Counted from the stretch's first letter, positions 50,854 to 61,801 are shown. The stretch is 64,000 bases of DNA from Waterburya sp. (GCA_965217895.1 CBDCJV010000002.1:3008001-3072000), one strand, 5' to 3'. Program-made: numbers and translations. The notes: generated from the sequence alone by a model not told the origin.

Positions 50854-51822
50854 TTAACCTCGCCCAACTTCAGCAAAAATTTCCGCCAGTATATCACCTG
50901 CTCCTTGTTCCCGCAATTTAGCTGCCAAATCTTTGCCCAGTTGCTCGCAATTGTGACGCTCACCGCTTACGGTGTCTTTAATCAGTCTCAATCCATCTAG
51001 ACTAGCTACCATTCCTTTGATAGTTAAATTATTATTTTCAATGCTAGTATTAACGCCGATTGGCACTTGGCAACCGCCTTCTAGCTCTCTTAAAAACGAT
51101 CTTTCTGCCAAAGCGCGATCGCAACTGTCGGCATCTTCTAATACTTTTAAGATCTTCAAAATTTCTTCATCGCCTGCACGACATTCAATACCCAATGCAC
51201 CTTGTCCCACTGCATGAAGCGAAATTTCAGGAGAAATAATTTGGTGAATGCGATCGCTCATATCTAATCGCTGTAAACCAGCTACAGCCAAAATTATTCC
51301 GTCATACTCACCCGCGTCTAATTTGGCTAAACGAGTATTGACATTGCCGCGAATATCCTTGAATTCTAAATGGGGATAGCTGTGTCGTAGCTGTGCCAAA
51401 CGTCTGAGGGAAGACGTTCCAATTACCGCACCAGCAGGAAGAGTTTCTAGCTTTTTATCCTTATTTTTTTCATTAACTGCCAAAGCATCGGCAGGATCTT
51501 CTCTTTTAGTTATACAACCTAGCATCAATCCTTCTGGTAAATTAGTCGGCAGATCCTTGAGGGAATGCACCGCAAAATCCGTTTGATTATTGAGCATTCC
51601 CGTTTCTAGCTCTTTAGTAAACAAACCTTTGTCGCCGATTTTTGCCAAAGGAACATCCAGAATTTTATCCCCTTGAGTACTCATTTTTTCGACTTCAAAT
51701 TCAAGATTGGGAAAATGTTTTTCTAACTCGGCTTTTACCCAGTAAGTTTGCACTAAAGCAAGCTGGCTTTTTCGTGTGCCGATGCGCACAGTGCGTTTAG
51801 AAGTTTCAATTGAGGATGTCAT
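50854..51822 (-). CDS. hemC: Hydroxymethylbilane synthase
   Basis: [42 protein letters not shown]. Confidence 0.98.
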   Translation of the reverse strand: MTSSIETSKRTVRIGTRKSQLALVQTYWVKAELEKHFPNLEFEVEKMSTQGDKILDVPLAKIGDKGLFTKELETGMLNNQTDFAVHSLKDLPTNLPEGLMLGCITKREDPADALAVNEKNKDKKLETLPAGAVIGTSSLRRLAQLRHSYPHLEFKDIRGNVNTRLAKLDAGEYDGIILAVAGLQRLDMSDRIHQIISPEISLHAVGQGALGIECRAGDEEILKILKVLEDADSCDRALAERSFLRELEGGCQVPIGVNTSIENNNLTIKGMVASLDGLRLIKDTVSGERHNCEQLGKDLAAKLREQGAGDILAEIFAEVGRG

Positions 51823-51917
51823 AAACAGTATCTTAAAAAAATCTAATAAATCAACCCGATCTAGGGTATCGCAGTTCCTGTAAACCTATTGATTAATTTT
51901 TGTTTTTATCTAACTTT

Positions 51918-52062
51918 ATACTAAATCCGATTAGAAAAAATATCTTCAATAATAAGTTCGTAGTATGTAGTTCGTCGTTGGTAGTAAAAAAACGACGAAC
52001 TACATACTAACCACTACTTACTACTTGAAAGTTAAGTAACCTATTGGAATAAGATTTAGTAT
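51918..52062. mobile_element. Family B element, empty (cargo-less) form
   Basis: Perfect 10-bp TIR ATACTAAATC/GATTTAGTAT; perfect internal 19-bp inverted repeat (51961-51979 / 51991-52009); ends homologous to 4238-4815. Confidence 0.85.
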
Positions 52063-52089
52063 TACCTCAAAGCTTTTCCTAACTTGAGA

Positions 52090-52941
52090 TTAATAACCAT
52101 AGCGATCGCTTTTGTTGATGATTAATAGTTGAAATCCTTTTTGCCGATGGAATTCCTGCCAAATAAGATCGTCAGTAGCTAACTGCAAATATTTTTTTGG
52201 ATAAAGATCGATCGCTTTTTCTAAACTCATGATTGCCCAATTATGATTATGCAGTTGAGCATAGCAACAAGCAAGCTGATACCAAGCTGGATCGAAGCGA
52301 TCGTCGAGTTCTAGAGCTTGATTGTAATTATAAATAGCCTGCTGATATTGCTTCTTCTGCTGTAAAACCCTACCTTTTTGATACCAAGTCCAGTAATCAT
52401 CAGCTTCAATATCCAAAGCTTGATCGTAGCTTTGCAAAGCCAGTTCTAATTTACCCCAGTGCTGCTGTGCCTCTCCACGGCGATAAAAAGACCAAAAATC
52501 TTGCGGACGTAACTCTAAAGCCCGATCGTAATATGATATTGCCTGTTCATAATCTTCTAACTTACGCCAAGCTTCGGCAATACGGTAAATTGCCCAGTAA
52601 TCCTGGGGATGAGCAGCTAGAGCTTTAGTAAAGCAAGCGATCGCCTGATCGTATTGGTTTAGTTCAACAAAATAAATATAGCCTTGTTCATACCATGCCC
52701 AATAGTTATTTGGTTCTATCTTGGTAGCATAATCATAACAAGCGATCGCCTCAGAATATTCTCCCAAAGCCTCTAAAACTGCGCCTTTGCGATACCATGA
52801 CCAGTAATCGAGAGGTTTATAGTTTATGGCGCGCTCATAGCTAGTTAATGCTTCTTGATAATAGCCTTCTAAACGTAGCTGATTACCTTGTCGATACCAT
52901 TCGGAATAACTATCTGGACGGCATTCTAGGGGCTGATACAT
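52090..52941 (-). CDS. Tetratricopeptide repeat protein
   Basis: Multiple 34-aa A...Y..A...P.DYW.WY repeats. Confidence 0.9.
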   Translation of the reverse strand: MYQPLECRPDSYSEWYRQGNQLRLEGYYQEALTSYERAINYKPLDYWSWYRKGAVLEALGEYSEAIACYDYATKIEPNNYWAWYEQGYIYFVELNQYDQAIACFTKALAAHPQDYWAIYRIAEAWRKLEDYEQAISYYDRALELRPQDFWSFYRRGEAQQHWGKLELALQSYDQALDIEADDYWTWYQKGRVLQQKKQYQQAIYNYNQALELDDRFDPAWYQLACCYAQLHNHNWAIMSLEKAIDLYPKKYLQLATDDLIWQEFHRQKGFQLLIINKSDRYGY

Positions 52942-53091
52942 TTTTTACAATGTTTAATTTAATCTAATTTTGATATCTAAAGTGACCTATTTATATCTAA
53001 GCGCAATAGGGAGATAATAAATACTAGAAAAGTTAGGAATTGATAACTATTTTAATTGTGCTTAATGCTTAATCCAAAGGTATTGAAATTA

Positions 53092-53628
53092 CTACACTCG
53101 ATTCAAGATAAAAAAGAATGGTTGGGATATTCTTTTGAAATCCATCAATCCTAATACGGTATTATTATCTACTTTTCTGAAAACATCATTAATAGGCAAG
53201 TAATCGTAAATCATGGTCGCGCTGACTTTATCTCTATATTCCATCATGCGAACTCTAGCTTTACTCTCTTCAGTTTTGAATATCTTATTCATCTGGATAT
53301 AAAAAGGTTTCATTGCCTCATTTCTAGGAATAGGTAAACTAAGTCCAAGATTCATTATGGTAGGATTTGGATCTACCTTGAAAATACTATTACCATCAGA
53401 AAATAGTAAAGGATGGACGCTATCTGCTGAGATGAATTCTTTGCCGTACCAATTAAAAACTTCTAATAAACCATCCATCTGATGATTGGTATGAAAACCA
53501 GATCCCTTCCATTTACCAATCATGAATTCTATGTCTACGGGATCTAAGTCATCAAAGAGTTGTAGCGCGACCTCAGTACTAACATTACCCTGCTGGGCGA
53601 TCGCTTTGGAGATATTTATGGTGTTCAT
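53092..53628 (-). CDS. GXWXG + DUF4334 domain protein
   Basis: MIGKWKG, WYGKEF, VHPL, SATMIYDYLPINDVFRKVD. Confidence 0.88.
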   Translation of the reverse strand: MNTINISKAIAQQGNVSTEVALQLFDDLDPVDIEFMIGKWKGSGFHTNHQMDGLLEVFNWYGKEFISADSVHPLLFSDGNSIFKVDPNPTIMNLGLSLPIPRNEAMKPFYIQMNKIFKTEESKARVRMMEYRDKVSATMIYDYLPINDVFRKVDNNTVLGLMDFKRISQPFFFILNRV

Positions 53629-53647
53629 GATTTTGCTGGGTATGAAG

Positions 53648-53771
53648 TATAGTCATTCTAAATAGCAGCCAGACTATCTTTGAAAAAAGTAGTAGATAGC
53701 AAATAGCAAATAAGATTTAACTTTACAATTAGTACATAACTATTATAAGGAAATTAATTGGAATGACTATA
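53648..53771. mobile_element. MITE family A copy
   Basis: TATAGTCATTC / GAATGACTATA 11-bp TIR. Confidence 0.78.
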
Positions 53772-53777
53772 ACTTTA

Positions 53778-53915
53778 AGGCGTTGCTGAATCAAGGTATG
53801 ATTTTCAAAATTTTGACTTGATAACGAGTATTTAAAAAGCTGATAGCTAATAGCTAATAGCTGATAGCTACGAGCAGATTACTTAGCAGTTTCATACTTC
53901 AAATCAGCAACGCCT
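53778..53915. mobile_element. MITE family G with internal GCT(A/G)ATA heptamers
   Basis: AGGCGTTGCTGA / TCAGCAACGCCT 12-bp TIR extended by GTATGA/TCATAC. Confidence 0.78.
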
Positions 53916-53988
53916 AAAATCATATCTTCTTATCTCTTACCAAGTATCCTAGTTTTCAACCACTAAATAAATTAAATTTCACAGTCCT

Positions 53989-55233
53989 TTGTCCATAATT
54001 GTTGCTCTTATTTTAATATCCCTACTTGCTGCTTATGTCGCCTGGAATTTGGGTGCTAATGATGTGGCGAACTCTATGGGAACATCCGTCGGTTCAAAAG
54101 CTATTACTCTAACTCAAGCAATTGTTATAGCTGGCATTTTAGAGTTTACAGGAGCGGTAATATTTGGTAAACAAGTATCGGCTACTTTAGCTACTAAGGT
54201 GGCAAATCCTAGTCTATTTGTCGATACTCCCCAGACGTTTTTAGTCGGCATGATTGCGGTATTGCTCTCCTGTGGCATCTGGCTACAGGTTGCTACCAGC
54301 AAAGGTTTGCCCGTGGCTTCTTCCCATGCAGTAGTAGGAGCGATCGCTGGATTTAGCTGGGTAGCTATTGGTAAAGAAGCGATCGCCTGGGGCAATATCG
54401 GCTTAATCTGTTTGGGTTGGATCGTTACCCCTGTACTTAGTGCCATTGTGGCAGCAGGTTTGTACAGCCTGTTGCGCTACTGGTTGTTTGAGCGGGAAGA
54501 TACCCTAAAACAGTTAAAAGAATGGATTCCCTGGTTGAGCGCAGCTTTAATTAGCATTTTTGGCGTTATTGTTTTGCCTACTGTTGTACAGCTACCTATT
54601 TTTAATTATCTGGTGCTGCCAGAGCAAACTATTAGCTTGGGTATTGGCTTGATAGCCACTACAGGAATTACCTTATATGGTTGGAATCGCCTTGACGAAT
54701 ATCAAAAACAGTGGTTTGAGACTTCAGTTTTAGAAAAAATCATGGGTAAGTTTCAGGTGCTTAGTGCCTGTTTTGTAGCTTTTGCTCATGGTTCAAATGA
54801 TGTTGGTAATGCGATCGCGCCTTTAGCAGCCATAGTTTATATTTTCCATACCAATGAAGTCCCAATTAACAGTTTGGAAATTCCTCTTTGGATTCTCGTC
54901 TTAGGTGGTTTAGGGATTGTGGCAGGATTAGCCGTACAGGGAAAAAAGGTGATAGCTACTGTCGGCGAAAATATTATTACCCTAGTACCTAGTACTGGTT
55001 TCTGCGCTGAAATTGCCACTGCAACTACAATTTTACTTGCCTCTCGTATTGGTTTACCCGTTTCTACTTCCCATGCCTTAGTTGGTAGCGTCATCGGCAT
55101 TGGTTTAATTTCTACTAATCAAAAAGTACGTTGGTCAACTATCAAGTCTGTAGTTTTGGCTTGGGTAATCACCTTACCTGTAGCAACGGTTTTAGGTGCA
55201 GTAATTTTCTCTTTACTGTTGCCTTTATTTTGA
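53989..55233 (+). CDS. Inorganic phosphate transporter, PiT family
   Basis: GANDVANSMGTSVGS and FAHGSNDVGNAI signatures. Confidence 0.95.
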   Translation: MSIIVALILISLLAAYVAWNLGANDVANSMGTSVGSKAITLTQAIVIAGILEFTGAVIFGKQVSATLATKVANPSLFVDTPQTFLVGMIAVLLSCGIWLQVATSKGLPVASSHAVVGAIAGFSWVAIGKEAIAWGNIGLICLGWIVTPVLSAIVAAGLYSLLRYWLFEREDTLKQLKEWIPWLSAALISIFGVIVLPTVVQLPIFNYLVLPEQTISLGIGLIATTGITLYGWNRLDEYQKQWFETSVLEKIMGKFQVLSACFVAFAHGSNDVGNAIAPLAAIVYIFHTNEVPINSLEIPLWILVLGGLGIVAGLAVQGKKVIATVGENIITLVPSTGFCAEIATATTILLASRIGLPVSTSHALVGSVIGIGLISTNQKVRWSTIKSVVLAWVITLPVATVLGAVIFSLLLPLF

Positions 55234-55239
55234 GCAGCA

Positions 55240-55488
55240 GCTATGACGGACAAAACAAAGAGCCAGTATTTTGTGTCTTTGAAATCTTAGTTTTACTATG
55301 ACGCGAGTGTTTTATCTGACAAAGAATGTTTTAGCTGTTCAATGACAGATTTAACACTGGCTCTTTTACGTACCATAGCATTACGCATCAAGATTAGGAC
55401 GTTTTATAAAATTGCTAGCTGCTACTTGCTACTTGTTACTTTCGAGCCGATAACCAAATATGTCCTAACGTAACTTTGTACGGCTATA
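55240..55488. mobile_element. Two abutting MITE-like elements (about 55240-55379 and 55374-55488)
   Basis: GCTATG..AAAGAGCCAGT / ACTGGCTCTTT..CATAGC, then TAGC..TTAGGAC / GTCCTAA..GCTA with internal GCTACTT heptamers. Confidence 0.6.
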
Positions 55489-55577
55489 GTTGCGAACCCC
55501 AGAAACTAATAACTAACCAAAGGTTCAACGGAGAACAAGCGATAAAATTAAAAGGAAATATAAATTAAATTGATTTT

Positions 55578-57098
55578 ATGGCGATCGCTTTAAAAAATAA
55601 GCAAAAATCTCGTGTGGTAGTTGTGGGTGCAGGTATCGGTGGTTTGACCACAGGAGCATTGTTAGCCAAAAATGGTCATCAGGTAACTATTTATGACCAG
55701 GCGATCGTTCCAGGTGGATGTGCTTCTACTTTTAAGCGTCGTGGCTTTACTTTTGAGGTGGGGGCAACTCAGGTGGCAGGGTTAGAGCCTGGAGGCATAC
55801 ACCACCGCATTTTTCAGGAGTTGGACATTGAGCTACCTCAAACTACCTACTGCGATCCTGCCTGTGCTGTATTTTTACCAGGAGAAACCGAACCGATTAA
55901 TGTCTGGCGAGACGCTGCTAAATGGCAAGCAGAGAGACAAAGACAATTTCCTGGTAGTAAACCATTTTGGCATCTATTAAATAAACTATTTAAGGCTAGC
56001 TGGCGATTTCAAGGTAGAGATCCCGTGTTGCCTCCTCGCAATATTTGGGATTTATGGCAGTTAGTCTCGGCGGTTAGACCAGATACTTTAATTACCGTAC
56101 CTTTTGTTCTGATGACTGTGGCTGATGCCCTCAAGCTATACGGCTTATACGGCGACAAACGGCTAAAGACTTTTCTCGATCTCCAGCTAAAACTTTATTC
56201 TCAGGTAGATACAGATGAAACCGCTTTGTTATATGCAGCAACAGCCTTAGCGGTTTCCCAAGCACCTCAAGGACTGTTCCATCTCCAGGGCAGTATGCAA
56301 GTACTAAGCGATCGCCTAGTGACAGGGTTAGAAAAATATCAGGGAAAGTTATTGATGCGCCATAGCGTTGAACAAATGCATACTACTTCGGGTCGAGTGA
56401 CGGGGATAACTGTCCGCAATCAAAAGACTGGTGAAACCTGGGTCGAAGAGGCAGACGAAGTAGTAGCAAACGTTACTGCTCAGAATTTAGTCAAGCTAAC
56501 TTCAGATAAATCCTTGGGCAATTACCAACGGCGGTTGGAGAAACTCCCCCAACCATCAGGGGCATTTGTAGTTTATTTAGGAGTTAAGCGAAAAGCAATT
56601 CCTCCAAACTGTTCTCCTCATCTACAGTTTCTTTACAACCAAGATGAAGTAATTGGCGAAAATAACTCTCTTTTTGTTTCCGTAAGCAAGCCTGGGGATG
56701 GACGCGCACCTGATGGGCAAGCAACCATCATTGCCTCCTCATTTACTGATGCCGATCTATGGTGGCAAGCAGAGGAGAAAGACTATGCCCGTATTAAACA
56801 AGATTATACAGAAGAAGCGATCGCTCGCCTCGGAGAATATTTTCAACTCACTCCAGAAAATATTCTCCACGCCGAAGCAGCAACCCCCAGAACCTTTGCT
56901 CACTATACCGCCAGAGAAAAAGGTGTTGTTGGCGGATTGGGGCAGCGTCTGGCTAATTTTGGTCCATTTGGCTTTGCTAACCGTACTCCTATTAAGCATC
57001 TTTGGTTAGTAGGAGATTCAACCCATCCAGGAGAGGGGACGGCAGGAGTCAGCTATTCTGCCTTGACCGTGGTTAGACAAATTGCAGCAGGTAAGTAG
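55578..57098 (+). CDS. crtD: Carotenoid C-3',4' desaturase
   Basis: GAGIGG, GGCASTF.RRGFTFEVGATQVAGLEPGGIH, VGDSTHPGEGTAGVSYSA. Confidence 0.9.
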   Translation: MAIALKNKQKSRVVVVGAGIGGLTTGALLAKNGHQVTIYDQAIVPGGCASTFKRRGFTFEVGATQVAGLEPGGIHHRIFQELDIELPQTTYCDPACAVFLPGETEPINVWRDAAKWQAERQRQFPGSKPFWHLLNKLFKASWRFQGRDPVLPPRNIWDLWQLVSAVRPDTLITVPFVLMTVADALKLYGLYGDKRLKTFLDLQLKLYSQVDTDETALLYAATALAVSQAPQGLFHLQGSMQVLSDRLVTGLEKYQGKLLMRHSVEQMHTTSGRVTGITVRNQKTGETWVEEADEVVANVTAQNLVKLTSDKSLGNYQRRLEKLPQPSGAFVVYLGVKRKAIPPNCSPHLQFLYNQDEVIGENNSLFVSVSKPGDGRAPDGQATIIASSFTDADLWWQAEEKDYARIKQDYTEEAIARLGEYFQLTPENILHAEAATPRTFAHYTAREKGVVGGLGQRLANFGPFGFANRTPIKHLWLVGDSTHPGEGTAGVSYSALTVVRQIAAGK

Positions 57099-57209
57099 AT
57101 AGGACAAATTAATTAGAAGATAGTCTCAGTAATGAGTAATGAGTCGTAAATATCTTGCTTACTTGGTTTTATCTAAAATTTAATTTAAATATATTTAACT
57201 AAAATAAAA

Positions 57210-58352
57210 ATGTTCGAGTTAATATTTGCTCAAAGTTTAGCAATAGTATCAAATCAAAATTTTATTTCTGAGATCGATCGGCCAACAGCAGTAGTAAATG
57301 CTTCTACTCTCCAGAAAATCAGCCCAAACAACGGTAATTTAAATTACTCAGGTAGAGTAGACTGGGAAAATCCTCAAGCACCAGGCTTTAGTTATCCAGG
57401 GACAGCATTGGAGTTTAAATTTACTGGTACTAGTTTAAAAATCGAGCTATCAGAAGATAATTGGGGCAGCGAAAATTATGTTGATGTTTATCTTGACGGA
57501 AGTTCTCAGCCTACGACTATTAAACTAAGACAAGAAAATGGTCAACCAGTTGTTTATGATATAGCTACTGGATTAGAAAACAAGACTCACAATGCCGTTG
57601 TGGTTAAACGAGTTGATTACCTAACGGGAGAATTTAAGCTTCATAGCATAGCAATTGACGGTGAGCTACTGACTGCTAATCCAGACTCTAATAAAAAGAT
57701 AGAGGTTTATGGCGATTCTATTTCTGCTGGTCATGCGGTGGAATATGAACCTCCAGGAGTTCAAGATCCTCAAACAAATCTAATTCCTATTTCCAATGCT
57801 TATTATAGTTATGCTTCCATACTAGCAAGAGATTATGATGCAGAACTTTCTTTGATAGCTCAATCAGGAGCATCTTTGGTCAATGGTTTTGGCTTTTGGA
57901 ATAACGGCACAGGAACAGAAGCTTTTTATAACAGAATTAAGCCTCTTGGCGACGCTCCTCTATGGGATTTTAAACAATACACCCCTGACTTGGTAGTGAT
58001 TGCTCTGGGTCAAAACGATGCTGCAACAATTGGTAATAATTTATCTAGCGAAGCTTGGAAAGGACACTATAAACAATTTATTGCTAATCTGCGAGCCAAA
58101 TATCCAGATTCTTATTTTGTGGGTATGTTTCCCAATATGTATCATGATACTCGATGGGACGGATATTTAACCGAAGCGATCGCCGAGTACCGCCAGGAAA
58201 ACCACGATAATCGTGTTTTTTCGCTGATTCAGAAGCAAGTAACCCCTGGTCATCCTCGCATTAGTGAACAACAGCTTATGGCAGACACTTTAAAAAAGTT
58301 TATTGATGGGACTCTAACTAAAAAAGGTTTTAACTGGGATGTGGCTAATTGA
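57210..58352 (+). CDS. SGNH/GDSL hydrolase (CE2 acetyl-xylan-esterase-like)
   Basis: IEVYGDSISAG, IAQSG, LGQND, GHP; N-terminal beta domain (FTGTSL). Confidence 0.85.
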   Translation: MFELIFAQSLAIVSNQNFISEIDRPTAVVNASTLQKISPNNGNLNYSGRVDWENPQAPGFSYPGTALEFKFTGTSLKIELSEDNWGSENYVDVYLDGSSQPTTIKLRQENGQPVVYDIATGLENKTHNAVVVKRVDYLTGEFKLHSIAIDGELLTANPDSNKKIEVYGDSISAGHAVEYEPPGVQDPQTNLIPISNAYYSYASILARDYDAELSLIAQSGASLVNGFGFWNNGTGTEAFYNRIKPLGDAPLWDFKQYTPDLVVIALGQNDAATIGNNLSSEAWKGHYKQFIANLRAKYPDSYFVGMFPNMYHDTRWDGYLTEAIAEYRQENHDNRVFSLIQKQVTPGHPRISEQQLMADTLKKFIDGTLTKKGFNWDVAN

Positions 58353-58389
58353 ATAAATACTGGGCGATGGCTAAATACCTACTGAAAAT

Positions 58390-58818
58390 CTACTGAATAT
58401 ATTTGGCTAAAGCTGTTTCTAATGTTGCTATTAACTTGTCAATATCTCCATCTGTAGCAGCAAAAGAATCTGGTGGAGAAATATTAGGTTGAAAGTTAAT
58501 TAACTTTACCTGCCCTTCGCCAATAACAACAATTACAACCTCTGTTTCTTGATCGTAATTATCAACAATTCCCAAGATTTCTTGCAGTTGTCCTCTAGTA
58601 TTTTGATTTAGTTTCTCAAGGCTTGCTTGAGAACAAGCAACAAAATGAGGTTCAGGTTTCAAATCAATACCTAAAACCTCTTTTGTATCTGCCCATTCTC
58701 TTTGTAGTCCCCAGGCTAAAGCAGCAAGCTGTTGTTCACAATCGTTAACAAAAATGTCTAATTGCGATCGCCATTTTTGTTCGGCTATTTCTGGTCGATT
58801 ATTACTTAAATCAAACAT
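58390..58818 (-). CDS. ccmS: Beta-carboxysome assembly chaperone CcmS-like protein
   Basis: KWR.QLD.FV.....LAALAWGL, GIDL.P.PHFV.C and LQEILG motifs. Confidence 0.75.
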   Translation of the reverse strand: MFDLSNNRPEIAEQKWRSQLDIFVNDCEQQLAALAWGLQREWADTKEVLGIDLKPEPHFVACSQASLEKLNQNTRGQLQEILGIVDNYDQETEVVIVVIGEGQVKLINFQPNISPPDSFAATDGDIDKLIATLETALAKYIQ

Positions 58819-59059
58819 ATTAACTGTTAAACACCCTAACGTTTTGTTTCACAGCCAGACATAATCATCCAAAATTTTGGCTTGTGAAAACTGCATCCTT
58901 ATTTATCGTCTTCTTTGTCCACACTAAAGTCAAGCCTTCCCTGCATCAAAGCGCAAGGCAAGCAAACTATTTGAAATAAACCTTTAGCTCAAATTAAAAG
59001 ATTTTTTTCACCGCAAACTACCTTAACTTGGCAAAGTTTGGCAAGATCTATGAATCTAG

Positions 59060-59377
59060 TTAAATTTCGCACTCCATACGAGCAAAGGTAATAGCATCAA
59101 ACCCAAAGGCAAACATTAAAGGCATCGGCGAGGTAACAAGGTAGCTAGCAAACAATGCCAGCACGCTGACAATAGCAGCAGAAGCTAACCATTTATATTC
59201 GCTACTACTCAAACCTTTTTCACTCTTGATAACTCTCATTACCTTTTGGGGGATAGGTTCTGGCATAACGCCATTAGGAGGAAATGCCCAATAGTGATTG
59301 TAGCGTTCTTGAAATAAATCCGTCCAGCCGTTGCGATCGCACCATTCTTGAATCCATTCGTCATGAAAGTGTTTCAT
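59060..59377 (-). CDS. Conserved cyanobacterial membrane protein
   Basis: EWIQEWC..NGWTD...YWAFPP..VMPEPIP; C-terminal TM. Confidence 0.75.
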   Translation of the reverse strand: MKHFHDEWIQEWCDRNGWTDLFQERYNHYWAFPPNGVMPEPIPQKVMRVIKSEKGLSSSEYKWLASAAIVSVLALFASYLVTSPMPLMFAFGFDAITFARMECEI

Positions 59378-59664
59378 CAGATTTTAAGTTTTAAGATAAC
59401 TTAATTGTTAAAACTTGTAGCAATAAATTTTTAAATATTTGTCTTTTCCTGGTTTTCATACATTAACAAAAGTCGCCTTTTTTTTAAATATTTATTCTTG
59501 CATACTTAACAAACCTTAAATGAAACTTAATTGTTTAATCAAAATTATGAGCATAATTACTTATTTTATTGTTTTGCGCTTAATATATCTTCATTATTTA
59601 GTTTGTTAATTAGAGACAAAAAACACTTAGTATTGAACGCTAGCTAGTTAACAATTAGTAATAT

Positions 59665-60234
59665 TTATAAGTAGTATTCAAAAGATTTTAAACAAGTTTC
59701 AGTACAAATAAAATTCAGTTTGATGTCCCATGTATCTACTGGCAATCGGTCAACATAGGCAAAATCAAATACTATACCAATAGTGGGAATAGTTGCCCAC
59801 TGGGGGAGACTTAATAAACGATCGTAAAAACCGCCTCCGTAACCCAAACGATACCCTCGTTGATCGCAAGCTACGGTAGGAACTAAAATCAAGTCGGCAG
59901 ACGAAGGCGTAATTACTTTTGCTGTTGCTAAAGGTTCTTTGATACCATATTTACCTACATTTAAAGTTTCTCCTGGCTGCCATAAATGCCAAACTAAAGT
60001 TTTTTCAACACAGCGAGGAAAAGCCCAGTTTTTATGTTCAAAAAATAGGGAGGATAAATCAGCTTCTTGACGAAAACTAAAGTAGGCAAAGACTGTTTTT
60101 GCTTGTTGAAATAGTGGGAAAGTTTTCAAGCGATCGCCAATAAGATTACTTTTTGCCTGCCATTCATTAGTAGAAACAGACTTTCTTTGCTGCATTATTG
60201 TCCGTCTTAATGCTGATTTATCTAGTTGAGACAT
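59665..60234 (-). CDS. 5-formyltetrahydrofolate cyclo-ligase
   Basis: YGIKEP and DLILVP...DQRGYRLGYGGGFYDR. Confidence 0.95.
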   Translation of the reverse strand: MSQLDKSALRRTIMQQRKSVSTNEWQAKSNLIGDRLKTFPLFQQAKTVFAYFSFRQEADLSSLFFEHKNWAFPRCVEKTLVWHLWQPGETLNVGKYGIKEPLATAKVITPSSADLILVPTVACDQRGYRLGYGGGFYDRLLSLPQWATIPTIGIVFDFAYVDRLPVDTWDIKLNFICTETCLKSFEYYL

Positions 60235-60257
60235 AATATTAAGAAAATAAATGTGGC

Positions 60258-61091
60258 TTATTTTTCAGATTCTAGATAAGAACACCAATCACTCCAGCCA
60301 CCAGGATACAATTTAGTATTTTTCAACCCTGCCAGACTAAGAGAAAATAGGTTAACACAGGCAGTTACCCCAGATCCGCAATAGACAATTATCTCTTCTG
60401 CGTACTTCAAATCACTCCATAACTGTTGCTGTGCTTGTATGGACTTGAGATATCCCGATTCATCACTTACCTGTTTCCAAGGAGAATTAACCGCACCTTC
60501 GATACTTCCCGCAATTGGATCTATTGGTTCAATTAATCCCAGATAGCGATCGCGATCGCGTGAGTCTATTACAATTACTCCATCCTTATGTTGAGCAGAT
60601 TTTACTACGTTTATGTCTACTAACCAATCTGGATTAGGTTGAGGGGAGAAACTTGCCGATCTATTTTTGGGAATAGCGTTACTTACAGGATAATCATGTT
60701 TTAGCCAGTCATTCCAACCACCGTCCAATAGAACTACAGAATCATGTCCTAGATAACGTAATAACCACCATAAGCGCGCTGCAAATGCAAAATGGGAATC
60801 ATCATAGGCGACAACTAGGGTCTCATTTTTGATAATTCCCATACTTGCCAACTTTTGAGCCAGCCTATCCATATCTGGTAAAGGGTGTCTTCCTCCGTGG
60901 CGTTGTACCTCACTGGCTAAATCGCGATCTAAATTGAGATAATATGCACCCTCAATATGAGCGTGATGATATGACTCTTCTCCCCAATGGGGATCGGCTA
61001 ACTGAAAACGACAGTCTACTATGACTAAGAAGGGGTTATCTAATCGCTGCATCAGCCATTGGCTATCAACTAGATATTTTGTTTTCTTCAT
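60258..61091 (-). CDS. Thiosulfate/3-mercaptopyruvate sulfurtransferase (tandem rhodanese)
   Basis: GRHPLP, AARLWW.L, VYCGSGVTAC, LYPGGWSDW. Confidence 0.93.
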   Translation of the reverse strand: MKKTKYLVDSQWLMQRLDNPFLVIVDCRFQLADPHWGEESYHHAHIEGAYYLNLDRDLASEVQRHGGRHPLPDMDRLAQKLASMGIIKNETLVVAYDDSHFAFAARLWWLLRYLGHDSVVLLDGGWNDWLKHDYPVSNAIPKNRSASFSPQPNPDWLVDINVVKSAQHKDGVIVIDSRDRDRYLGLIEPIDPIAGSIEGAVNSPWKQVSDESGYLKSIQAQQQLWSDLKYAEEIIVYCGSGVTACVNLFSLSLAGLKNTKLYPGGWSDWCSYLESEK

Positions 61092-61225
61092 GAGAATTTA
61101 TGTTCAACACATCTCTATTTTTATAATGCCCTAATAGAGGAAACGGAATTAGGCAATATGCGGATTTTCCAGCAAGAAGAAGAGGAGTCCCAACAAGCTT
61201 ATGAATCAAGTCGATGATTACTAAT

Positions 61226-61313
61226 TTACCCAAATCTGTAAGCTAAAAGCTAAAAGCTAAAAGCTAAGAGCTTATCTTGTCCCAAGTCTCTCATTATTTT
61301 CGAGAATTGGTAT
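61226..61313. mobile_element. MITE family F with (GCTAAAA)n heptamers
   Basis: Right part identical to 33669-33731 (reverse complement); imperfect TACC..AATCT / AGAATTGGTA ends. Confidence 0.65.
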
Positions 61314-61324
61314 AAGGTTGAGCA

Positions 61325-61801
61325 TCAAACATCACCTGGATTTAACTGCATCATTTTCCACGTAACAAAAGTTCCTACTGGACTCCAAAGTAGATAAGGG
61401 ACTAACAGCCAAAATGCAGTAGTAGATATAGGAAAAACTATTACCGCTAAGATTGCTCCTAAAAAGAAGCCAGTTCCACCAATAATTGTGCCTATTTTGA
61501 GACTGCGCGTTTTACACATTACCAAGGTATAAAGAGAAATTGATATTTCGACCAACAAATAAAAACCCATTAGCGACCAAGGAGAATTGCCATCAGGTTT
61601 AGTCTCCCAGACGTTGTAGGCCGACCATGCACCACAGATAAAGATAACTGTCCAGATGATAGGAATAGCTCCTTCAAAGGTTAGCCAGCTAGGACGACGC
61701 AGGTTTTTAAACCAACGAAAGTCTTGACTTGAAATTAAACGATTTAAACCAAAGGGAACAATCAGAGTAACAATAGCGATCGCTAGCCAGGAAGGAATCA
61801 T
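61325..61801 (-). CDS. TspO/MBR family tryptophan-rich sensory protein
   Basis: WFKNLRRPSW, IPIIWT, LLVPYLLW. Confidence 0.9.
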   Translation of the reverse strand: MIPSWLAIAIVTLIVPFGLNRLISSQDFRWFKNLRRPSWLTFEGAIPIIWTVIFICGAWSAYNVWETKPDGNSPWSLMGFYLLVEISISLYTLVMCKTRSLKIGTIIGGTGFFLGAILAVIVFPISTTAFWLLVPYLLWSPVGTFVTWKMMQLNPGDV

